A stretch of DNA of 64,000 nt. It comes from Rhodothermales bacterium. GTDB lineage: Bacteria > Bacteroidota > Rhodothermia > Rhodothermales > Bin80. The DNA lies in contig OZ244857.1 in assembly GCA_965220935.1 (NCBI GenBank), forward strand, positions 3,689,844 through 3,753,843, written 5' to 3'. Shown piece by piece: positions 21,001 through 29,480 of the stretch; positions within the stretch are counted from its first letter, which is position 1, and each line of letters begins with the position of its first letter. The notes below the pieces were generated by a model that was given only the letters and a program-made list of their open reading frames with translations, did not search any database and was not told the origin of the DNA. The position numbers and the translations under genes are program-made.

Positions 21001-21544
21001 TGCGCCGATTACTACACTCACTCTACCCGAGGTAAGTGGGGGAGTCAATCCCGTAGACTATACGCTCAACTTGTTATCGCTTCCCTCAGACCTTCAGTAT
21101 GATGCATTCACCCGAACCATTAGCGGTGTGCCTAGAGTGATTGCACCGCCAGTGGACTTGATCTACAAAGCTACAGATGCAAATGGAGCACAGGATAGTT
21201 TAGCATTTACGGTTGAGGTCATCTCCCCAGTCAGTACAGAAGCGATAGATGGGATGCCACAGAAATTTATCGTTCACACAAATTATCCTAATCCGTTTTT
21301 ACGGTCTACCACTCTGGTTTTTGATCTTCCGTGGTCAGCGCAAGTGCAAGTGGAGGTCATGGACATCACGGGTCGGCGTGTGCACAACCAGACACCTGTC
21401 ATTATGACAGCAGGTTGGAGACAAGAGATTGCACTTGATGATCTAACACTACCGTCGGGCTCCTATCTTTATCGGATGGTAGTGACTTCAATAGAAAATC
21501 ATAGAACGGCCACTCATTCTGCCCACTTTGTGAGTATCCAATGA
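18014..21544 (+). CDS. T9SS-sorted adhesin (5 Calx-beta units, ~8 cadherin-like Ig units, Por C-terminal domain)
   Basis: 1176 aa with an N-terminal TM/signal segment. Five 'LNYS(L/V)SGTA...SDYT...I.DD...EGDETII.TL' units. Repeated '[38 protein letters not shown]'. C-terminus '[33 protein letters not shown]...YLYRM'. Confidence 0.9.
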   Translation: [1176 protein letters not shown]

Positions 21545-22050
21545 CAACAAATTTTAGCCCATTGTGATGAAGCCATAGTCAAGAGATTCTGTAGCAAATC
21601 CAATCGCTCCAAGGTATCCATGATCACTGACAAACAAATACTTCTTTTGATGCCCAGCAAACTTGGTTACGCCCTGTGGTTTTCATGATGCATGAGAGTA
21701 TTCCAGATGGCCAATTCATGAGCGGTTGGGACCAGTTTAATCAAAATCCCTTAAGGGTTTGGAACTTGATCAGGAGGCGGAACTGGGGGCGCAAGTAAAC
21801 GAGCGTTCGGACGATTTGAACGAGATTCAGCAGGCGGAAGTGTAATCTTCTTTTCTTGATCCAGAGTGACCAGAGCCGGCAAACAACTTGATGTCTGCAA
21901 TTCCCCCTTCGCTGTAACGAAGTTGAACGGCCTACAAACTTGATGGGACCACTGGACGGATGCCTCTTTAAGACATCATTTAACCGAGGCAAAGAACCCC
22001 GCAAACAGGATAATATGGGCTCATACCCTCAATGTCAGGTCAAAGGTTTT

Positions 22051-22639
22051 ATGCGACAGGTAGTTCAAGGCGCAGGAACGATCAAATTGAGCAATATTTT
22101 TCAATCTACAAACAAGTTAACGCTTATGGATTGTAAGCCACTCACAGTTGCGCATTCAAGAGGTGTCGTGGTGAGCGTGTTGGGAAAAGGTAGGGTTAGA
22201 AACTTATCAGGTGTGAATCGTAGAGTCGAATGTAAATGAACCATTGATGACGTGTCGAAAAGAATTAGACAGAGTCATAACCAAGGCAGGGAAGTAATCT
22301 TGGGACAAGGTTGGCGGATACCTGCCGACTGACCTCTGGCATATAGATGGAGAGAATGCGATTTAGTCCCTTATATGGAATGTGGGACTTGTAGGGATAA
22401 TGCAAAGGGAGGGTATCAAGCGTGCTGCACCCGTATGTCATTGAATACCAATGTATTCTATAGTTGGGCACCAGAATGTTAGTAGTAAAGAGATTGCTAT
22501 AATGGGCATGAAGCGAAGGGGCTGGGCTATGACGTTGATGGTCCAACGGTGGGGAGCAGTCGGAAGACTGTTAGCATAGAAAGAGCCGAATGAATTGAGA
22601 GGTTCTGTGAGAGCCCAGTGGAATTCCCGTCTAGTTGAC
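22051..22639 (+). mobile_element. degenerate ORF-less group II intron RNA (copy 1)
   Basis: Collinear homologue of 28628..29207, for example 'aagaggtgtcgtggtgagcgtgttgggaaaagg' and 'gcagtcggaagactgttagcatag'. Starts AUGCG instead of GUGYG. Domain V retains GAGCCGAAUGAAUUGAGAG, but about 11 nt of the 3' strand are deleted. No ORF in domain IV. Confidence 0.6.
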
Positions 22640-22796
22640 TTAGAGATTACGCCAAGATCTGACATGAACATAATGTGTAAGCATCGGTATCTTTGTTAGA
22701 CTTAAATAACATGAGCATTTTAGTTGATAAGCTTCGGATTTCAGGGAATCAAAAATATTGAATTAACGCTTTCAAGAATTACCGTATTACTTGGGG

Positions 22797-22808
22797 TATA
22801 TAATTCCC
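22797..22808 (+). promoter_or_regulatory. TATATAATTCCC motif copy upstream of the photolyase gene
   Basis: Exact 12-mer in the context GGGGTATATAATTCCCAATTC, with 'ttaccgt' 11 nt upstream. Confidence 0.4.
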
Positions 22809-22909
22809 AATTCTAAATTGACGATCAGATCGCATGCCATTCTGATTGTTTGCTAAAAAATAAAAAATTTGTGGTAGAACCAAAATCACTAATGTTAAGT
22901 AAAGATTTT

Positions 22910-22923
22910 GTGCGACAGGTAGG
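22910..22923 (+). other. isolated group II intron 5'-end stub (GTGCGACAGGTAGG)
   Basis: 'aaagattttGTGCGACAGGTAG' here matches 'aaaggttttATGCGACAGGTAG' at 22042-22063. Similarity stops after about 13 nt of intron sequence. Confidence 0.35.
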
Positions 22924-23028
22924 ACTAGAAAATGTCAAAAATAAATTTCCTTAGACAAGGATAATCACAAGCTGCAGATTCGTTTTGATTCATGGAATCT
23001 ATACCAAATTATGTATCATCAATGATAG

Positions 23029-24525
23029 ATGCAGGTCGTCTGGTTTAAGCGAGATCTTAGAGTCTACGATCATGCTGTGATGACCCAAGCTGCTCAGCGA
23101 GGGAAGGTACTGCCGATCTATATTGTTGAGCCTGAGCTTTGGACGCAACCTGATATGTCAGGTAGGCACTGGGCATTTATTGCTGAAACTCTGATAGAGT
23201 TACGTGAAGACCTTGCATTTTTGGGACAACCTCTCATCATCCGGATCGGAGATGTAGTGAATATATTGTCAGATTTACGTCATGCGGGGCACCTTGAATC
23301 ACTCTGGTCACATCAGGAAACTGGAAACGGATGGACCTACCGGCGTGATTTGAGAGTCGCGGAATGGTGCAGAGCTCACAGTGTAGATTGGCATGAGGTT
23401 CAGAATCATGGGGTTCAGCGCCCCATTATCTCCCGCGATGGATGGGCATCTCATTGGGATCAGTTTATGGCACAGCCACTATCGCATCCCCCCAGCCTCG
23501 CTCCACTGGGCATCGAGATTGGTCAAATCCCGACATCAGCCGATCTAAATCTCGCCCCAGATTTATGTCCTGAGCGGCAGACGGGGGGCCGCCGAGTTGG
23601 GTTAGAAAGATTGGAAAGTTTTCTGGCTCAACGCGGTAAGACGTATCAGAAATCCATGTCCTCTCCATTGGAAGGTGCAGAGGCTTGTTCTCGACTATCT
23701 CCCTATCTGGCATGGGGGGCGCTGTCAATGCGAGAAGTATCACAAGCGACGTTGCGACGTCTGCGCAATTTGAAGGCGAATGATACCGATTGGCGCAAGT
23801 CGCTGCGCTCATTTTCAGGGCGACTGCACTGGCATTGTCACTTTATCCAAAAGTTGGAGGATGAGCCGCGTATTGAGTTTGAGAATCTGCACCGTCTTTA
23901 CGATGATCTAAGACCAGTAGAGCCTGAGTCTGAAAGATTGGATGCATGGGCCGTTGGTGAGACTGGTTATCCGTTTCTGGATGCGTGTATGCGCTCATTA
24001 CATGCAACGGGGTGGCTAAACTTCCGCATGCGTGCAATGGTGATGGCCACAGCTAGTTACCATCTATGGCTAGACTGGCGTGCGCCTGGGTTAGCACTGG
24101 CAAGGCTTTTCACAGACTATGAGCCTGGTATTCATTGGAATCAAGTGCAAATGCAGTCTGGCACCACTGGCATCAATGCCGCACGCGTATATAATCCAGT
24201 CAAGCAGGGGTATGATCAAGATCCAGAGTGTGTTTTCACGAGGCGATGGATTCCAGAATTATCTGATATCCCCGATATCCATTTACATGAGCCATGGAAT
24301 GCGATGAATGCATCTCTTGTCATCGGGAAGAGTTACCCCCATCGCATGTTTGATCATCTATCAGCAGCAAAATTAGCCAGAGATCGTATTTGGGCTATTC
24401 GGCGTCACCCTGATTTTCGAACCGAAGCGGATAAAATCCAATCAAAACATGGTAGTCGGAAGCGAAGCCATTCCATTCGTCCTCAATCTGAAAGAACTCA
24501 ACAACTCTCTTTGTCAAGTAAGTAA
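23029..24525 (+). CDS. photolyase/cryptochrome-family FAD protein
   Basis: 498 aa with N-terminus 'VVWFKRDLRVYDH' and C-terminal FAD-binding pattern 'TGYPFLDACMRSLHATGWLNFRMRAM...DYEPGIHWNQVQMQSGTTG'. Confidence 0.85.
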   Translation: MQVVWFKRDLRVYDHAVMTQAAQRGKVLPIYIVEPELWTQPDMSGRHWAFIAETLIELREDLAFLGQPLIIRIGDVVNILSDLRHAGHLESLWSHQETGNGWTYRRDLRVAEWCRAHSVDWHEVQNHGVQRPIISRDGWASHWDQFMAQPLSHPPSLAPLGIEIGQIPTSADLNLAPDLCPERQTGGRRVGLERLESFLAQRGKTYQKSMSSPLEGAEACSRLSPYLAWGALSMREVSQATLRRLRNLKANDTDWRKSLRSFSGRLHWHCHFIQKLEDEPRIEFENLHRLYDDLRPVEPESERLDAWAVGETGYPFLDACMRSLHATGWLNFRMRAMVMATASYHLWLDWRAPGLALARLFTDYEPGIHWNQVQMQSGTTGINAARVYNPVKQGYDQDPECVFTRRWIPELSDIPDIHLHEPWNAMNASLVIGKSYPHRMFDHLSAAKLARDRIWAIRRHPDFRTEADKIQSKHGSRKRSHSIRPQSERTQQLSLSSK

Positions 24526-24636
24526 ACGCTTACCGATGATTCACATCATGACTGTCCAATAATCTTTCATTTATATAGTGAATCCCTCTGATCTTCGAAA
24601 TCGTCTGGTTAGTGGTAAGGATTCATCCTATCACTA

Positions 24637-24903
24637 CTACACACTAATAAAATGTCCGACATAGACCGAAGACGAATGATCTTCAAGAGAGGTTGCCCGC
24701 AGTTGATAGAGATACGCCCCCGAGGGAAGTCCCAGATCGCTCAGTTCAAGTTCATGCCGCCATCCCGCGCACAGGTGAACTTCTTGGGGCGCTACCATAC
24801 GCCGCCCAATGACATCCAGAACCTCCACTTGCACCTGCGCAGGCCACGGCAGATCAAAGACCAGATACGTAGACCTATAACTGAAGTTAAACCCAGTGAA
24901 TCT
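24637..24903 (-). pseudogene. 3' stub of an adhesin gene (T9SS C-terminal domain only)
   Basis: 'FSYRSTYLVFDLPWPAQVQVEVLDVIGRRM...GAYLYQLRATSLEDHSSSVYVGHFISV'. Homology starts abruptly about 25 nt from the hsdS stop codon. Confidence 0.8.
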
Positions 24904-24927
24904 GATAATTTTTAGGATTAACTTCAG

Positions 24928-26145
24928 TTATACTTTTTCTTTGAATGTGAGTAGCTTGTCTCGGTAGTATTCGTATTGTTTACGGCGGGCATCAATTTCT
25001 GCGGGTAAGCCTACGGAGATATCGTTTACCAGCGCCTCAAACTTGTCAAGGATAGAGACGATTTCTTGTTGGATTTCAAGCGGAGGAATGGGGATACGAT
25101 ATGATTTTACTGCTTTATCAGAAATTGCAGGGTAATTTGCCCCTTGTTGATATAACTCAATATAATCGTAAAAATCTTGGGTACCGAATATATGGAATAA
25201 AAATTTTGGAATAAGAAAAAGAGAATCAGCTCGCAACACACAAAATCCAGTACTACAAATTTGTTCACTATATTCATCGGAGATCAAACAATACCGTTTG
25301 AGCATCGGTCTAGTTGTTCCAAAAAGTACATCATTTTTCATGACGATTTTTTGTGCTCGGCTGGGAGCTGTTTTTGCATTAATAGTTTTTGTTCCACTTA
25401 TTGAGTGCGTGATTCGGTCAACAGAGGATAAATCAATGTACCTAAACTCGTTCTCAAGTGAATCATTCCACCGAATATTAGAAGTGCTCTGTAATACTTC
25501 CCCCAGCGCCTTAAATTCAACCTTGTCTGTGGAATCAAGCCCTAAGGAACGGTGGATGGCTGAAGGTTCTCCTGAGAAATTCAGCAGTTCATCACGGTAA
25601 TACTGATACTGTAGACGCCGCGCCTCCAATTCAGCCTCTAACTCAACCACCAATTCCGCCACCAGCTCAGAGTACGTATCCAAGATATTTACGATCTCTT
25701 GTTGGATTTCAAGCGGAGGAACAGGGATTTTAAATCTTTTGATGGAATCCGTTTGTAAATGCGCTGGAATAGCATCAATTGCGAGATTTTGAATTTCTTT
25801 TTGCTTGTTTTTAAGAGAATAATACAAATACTTACTACTCAATGAGATCTCGCTGTTGGGTTTGATACAATAACACACATCATTAGCCCAAAACGCCTGA
25901 TTTATATAGTTTACGAATCCAGCTGTACCATATTTTACAACCGTCACGGTATTGGCTGGCTGGTTGTATTTTCCATAATATCCCATTGGGGTTACGCCGC
26001 CACTATATACTGGAAATCTCCCATCTGGATCTAAAACCCTTTTAGTCAGACGCTTTCCTCTGCCTATATGTGCAATTTCCCCCAGCGCCCGAAACTCCAC
26101 CCCATCTGGGCACAACTTCGCAACAAGTTTCTCAATGCTATTCAT
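24928..26145 (-). CDS. hsdS: type I restriction-modification specificity subunit HsdS
   Basis: 405 aa with two target-recognition halves. Each half ends in a conserved helix ('PPLEIQQEIVNILDTYSELVAEL...ARRLQYQYYRDELLNF' and 'PPLEIQQEIVSILDKFEALVNDI...ARRKQYEYYRDKLLTF'). Confidence 0.9.
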   Translation of the reverse strand: MNSIEKLVAKLCPDGVEFRALGEIAHIGRGKRLTKRVLDPDGRFPVYSGGVTPMGYYGKYNQPANTVTVVKYGTAGFVNYINQAFWANDVCYCIKPNSEISLSSKYLYYSLKNKQKEIQNLAIDAIPAHLQTDSIKRFKIPVPPLEIQQEIVNILDTYSELVAELVVELEAELEARRLQYQYYRDELLNFSGEPSAIHRSLGLDSTDKVEFKALGEVLQSTSNIRWNDSLENEFRYIDLSSVDRITHSISGTKTINAKTAPSRAQKIVMKNDVLFGTTRPMLKRYCLISDEYSEQICSTGFCVLRADSLFLIPKFLFHIFGTQDFYDYIELYQQGANYPAISDKAVKSYRIPIPPLEIQQEIVSILDKFEALVNDISVGLPAEIDARRKQYEYYRDKLLTFKEKV

Positions 26146-26148
26146 TGA

Positions 26149-27708
26149 TCAAGAAGATTCTAGGTCCATGACAATCGCCTCAATCTTTCGTCGTAGCTCA
26201 GCTTGTCTTGCAACGATTTTCGCAATCTTTGCATTGAGGTCCAAAATATTTATTTTTTCACGGGCATCCTCTGTCTCAACATACGACGAAACCGCAAGGT
26301 TATACTCGTTTTCTATAATCGTCTGTTTGTCTACCAGCACTGCAAAGTAGTCACGGCTCTGGCGCTGAGCAAATACGTCTAGAATCTTTGTCTGATGCTT
26401 TTCAGCGAGTTGATTCTTATTACCACTACGCACATATGCATCCGAGGCATCAATAAATAAAACCGCATCATCTAATTTTGACTTTTTCAAGACAATAATG
26501 CAGGTCGCGATCGTTGTGCCAAAAAAGAGGTCTGGGGGTAACTGAATCACCGCATCAACATAGTTATGGGTCATCAGATACTGACGAATCTTCTGTTCCG
26601 CTCCACTGCGATATAGCACCCCTGGAAACTCAACAATCGCAGCGGTGCCATTGACCGCCAGACAGGAAAGGATATGCATCGTAAATGCAAGATCTGCTTT
26701 ACTGGCAGGCGCCAGTACACCTGCGGGAGAAAACCGAGGATCATTGATCAACAGAGGGTTGTTTTTTCCCTCCCACTTGATTGAGTAGGGGGGATTAGAA
26801 ACAATCGCTTCAAACGGGCCATCATCAAGATGGGCGGGATCGGTCAGCGTGTCGCCATGTGCAATATCAAATTGCTCAAAATTGATGTTGTGCAAAAACA
26901 TGTTGATTCTACACAAATTATAGGTCGTCAAATTGATTTCTTGGCCAAAGAAGCCTAACCGCACATTGTCGCGTCCGAGCACTTTGGCAAATTTTAACAG
27001 TAACGAGCCAGAGCCGCAGGCTGGATCATAGACTTTTGAGACTTCATCTTTGCCCACCACGGTCATGCGTGCAAGGAGCTCAGAGACCTCCTGCGGAGTG
27101 AAAAACTCTCCACCAGATTTCCCCGCAGCCGAAGCATACATCGTCATCAGAAACTCATAGGCATCCCCAAACAAATCAATGGTGTTTGAAGAAAAGTCCT
27201 CCGTGTCATTGAGCGGTAAATCCCCAATCGCACTGAGGAGTTTGACCAGTTTTTCATTTCTCTTGGCCACCGTTGATCCTAATTTGGTGCTGTTAACATC
27301 CACATCCTCAAATAAGCCCCTCATGTCATTCTCGCTTTCGGTTCCAGTGGCCGAGGTCTCAATATTGGTGAAGATGCGGTGTAGGGTGACATTGAGGTTT
27401 TCATCATCGCGGGCACGGGCGCGTAAATTCACAAAGAGCTCCGACGGAAGGATGTAGAAGCCTTTTTCCTTGATAATCACCTCACGCGCGGTTTCCGCTT
27501 CGCGGTCGCTCAAATCGGCATACTGGAAATCAACAAGCCCAGCCTCATGCTGTCTCTGATTGAGGTAGCCTGTCAGGTTCTCAGATATAAACCGGTAGAA
27601 GAGCATGCCAAGAACATAGCTCTTAAAATCCCAGCCGTCTACCGCGCCGCGCAGATCATTGGCGATGCGCCAGATGGTTTTGTGTAATTCAGTTCGTTCT
27701 GCGTCCAT
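26149..27708 (-). CDS. hsdM: type I R-M N6-adenine DNA methyltransferase HsdM
   Basis: 519 aa with the HsdM N-terminus 'LHKTIWRIANDLRGAVDGWDFKSYVLGMLFYRF', AdoMet motif 'VYDPACGSGSLL' and catalytic 'SNPPYS'. Confidence 0.92.
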   Translation of the reverse strand: MDAERTELHKTIWRIANDLRGAVDGWDFKSYVLGMLFYRFISENLTGYLNQRQHEAGLVDFQYADLSDREAETAREVIIKEKGFYILPSELFVNLRARARDDENLNVTLHRIFTNIETSATGTESENDMRGLFEDVDVNSTKLGSTVAKRNEKLVKLLSAIGDLPLNDTEDFSSNTIDLFGDAYEFLMTMYASAAGKSGGEFFTPQEVSELLARMTVVGKDEVSKVYDPACGSGSLLLKFAKVLGRDNVRLGFFGQEINLTTYNLCRINMFLHNINFEQFDIAHGDTLTDPAHLDDGPFEAIVSNPPYSIKWEGKNNPLLINDPRFSPAGVLAPASKADLAFTMHILSCLAVNGTAAIVEFPGVLYRSGAEQKIRQYLMTHNYVDAVIQLPPDLFFGTTIATCIIVLKKSKLDDAVLFIDASDAYVRSGNKNQLAEKHQTKILDVFAQRQSRDYFAVLVDKQTIIENEYNLAVSSYVETEDAREKINILDLNAKIAKIVARQAELRRKIEAIVMDLESS

Positions 27709-27769
27709 TGGTTAGATTCATAATTTCATCTAATCTAACCATAGACAATGATTTTCTTTGCATGTAAGA

Positions 27770-28009
27770 TCAGATCGTTTTGAAAAGCTTCTCCTTCCAG
27801 ATGGCAAGGCCAAAATAGCCGAGCCCACCGATCGCAAGTGTACCCGTTGTCATCGCCTTATTTTCATCATTAATCCATGTACCGCCTTTATCTATACCTG
27901 GGTTATCTTTGCGGATTGCATCAATGATGTTGCTCCACTTCTTATAAAAAGTTGGCATGATGGGAAGCAATGAATGAGTAATGATATCATCCTGCCCCAT
28001 CGTAGGCAT
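27770..28009 (-). CDS. small hypothetical protein with C-terminal TM segment
   Basis: 79-aa ORF directly upstream of hsdM on the same strand. Hydrophobic 'TLAIGGLGYFGLAIW'. No family recognised. Confidence 0.3.
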   Translation of the reverse strand: MPTMGQDDIITHSLLPIMPTFYKKWSNIIDAIRKDNPGIDKGGTWINDENKAMTTGTLAIGGLGYFGLAIWKEKLFKTI

Positions 28010-28627
28010 ATATCTGAATTAATAATCACAACATGCTCCATGATCTGTATATCCATTATCCTTGAGTAGCCAACTAATTTCATCAAACTCTACCTACTGG
28101 AACACAGCTCAGTAGTAAATTTCTAACAATGATACAAGATCAGAGATATTACATGCAGATGTTGTCGATCGTGTTGATTGAATTTGCCATATAAGCTTCA
28201 CTATCCTTATATTCCATGGTATTCATGACGGAGCGATTTGATCTGAGAATTACTCATTTCTCCTGAATGTTGAATTTTGGTTGCGGATTGATGATTTTGA
28301 CACTGACCGTAGCGATTTCCCCCTATTACGGATTCTACGACACCGATACAACGCAAGGTTTGGAGGGAAACAGCGCCTGAGTGAGGGGCAGATTTTAGCG
28401 GAATTGAGCACAGTAGAGACCTCTATGATCAAGCCCACTATCTGCTTCCATCCGAGGTGACCGATACGGGAGCACGCCTCTATCAGACGGTCGGACTGAA
28501 GATACAGCGTGAGACAGTGCTATTCAAAGAGAAGACTAGCAAGACTCCCAATCGGTCTTGATTTTCATCGTTTTCCCCTGAAACAAGGGGACTATTAGTG
28601 TTCAGAATTCCTATATTTGATAGGTCT

Positions 28628-29207
28628 GTGTGCCACGAATATACAAGGAGGTGAGTCAATGACTTAACAAACTGTATGAGGGTAGGCCCCTCTCAACCGC
28701 TGTTCAGGCGGAGGTTGCAAACCGCCCGCAGCTGCTGCATTTAAGAGGTGTGGTGGTGCGCGTGTAGGGAAAAGGCAGGTATGGAACTTGTTAGGTGTGG
28801 GTTACAGAGTTGAACGAAAGTGAATCATGGATGAGGTGTCAAAACGAATTTAGACGAGTGTCAAAACTGGGGTTTCAGTCCTAACTCCAGGATAAGGTTA
28901 GCGGGGCCTCTGGCATAAACATGGCGAGACTGTGACCTGGGCCTTCATGCGGGACGTGGGATGCTAGCCTGACAAGCGGGCCGTACCCACTGAGTACCGA
29001 TGCAACCCACAGGGGCGGCCCAGATCGTAGTAGTGACGAAGTTTCTGTAATGGGAATGGAGCGAAGGGTCTGGACTGACATTGATCGCCCAACGAATGGA
29101 AGCGGTAGCAGTCGGAAGACTGTTTGCATAGGAAGAGCGGTATGAGTTGAGAGACTCACGTACGGTTCTGTGAGGGTCCGGGGTGAAATTCCCCCGGGCT
29201 ACTCGAC
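28628..29207 (+). mobile_element. ORF-less group II intron RNA (copy 2, structurally near-complete)
   Basis: Starts GUGUG at 28628. Has a 34-nt domain V at 29135-29168, then a domain VI-like hairpin 'gggtccggggtgaaattcccccgggctActcgac' with a candidate bulged A at 29201. About 580 nt in total, with no reverse-transcriptase ORF. Confidence 0.7.
29135..29168 (+). ncRNA. group II intron domain V
   Basis: GAGCGGUAUGAGUUGAGAGACUCACGUACGGUUC. It has the AGC triad at positions 2-4, the two-nucleotide AC bulge, a GAGA (GNRA) tetraloop and the consensus 3' strand ACGUACGGUUC. There is one G.G mismatch at pair 5-30. Confidence 0.8.
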
Positions 29208-29480
29208 TTCAAATCTGAAACCGTCGAAGTCAGAATGATGTCATGTTTAGCCAAAGACCGTTAATGAGTTGGTAAATAGATGGATGTCCCAATTAACTAT
29301 TTGGACATGGAGGATGCGTTTACAGATGTCAAATCCTCAAGTCATAGTCCAGCCATGGATATGGTTTTCCATAAAAGGTGGAAGAGATCGGACAGGCGTT
29401 GAACAGACAAAAAGAAGGGAGTCCATTCAAAAATTGCAGGATGAGGTTTGCGTATAGATTTTGATTTGGGCATTACACAT

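Noticed and set aside
21554-21720. Minus-strand fragment ending 'HQKKYLFVSDHGYLGAIGFATESLDYGFITMG-stop', which looks like the C-terminus of a real protein (faint 'SDHG' sulfatase/phosphatase flavour).
   Set aside because: Only about 35 codons are open before a stop or frameshift upstream, and I cannot assign a family with confidence. It is probably a gene remnant, but I do not report it as a feature.
22265-22671. Minus-strand ORFs 22265..22546 and 22438..22671, and the equivalent ORF 28881..29159.
   Set aside because: They lie antisense to the group II intron RNA segments. The two loci are conserved at the RNA-helix level (domain V/VI), not as a shared reading frame.
28250-28560. Short + strand stretches such as 'ARLYQTVGLKIQRETVLF', reminiscent of a GNAT acetyltransferase C-terminus.
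   Set aside because: The stretches are interrupted by several stops in all frames, and the match is too short to support even a pseudogene call.
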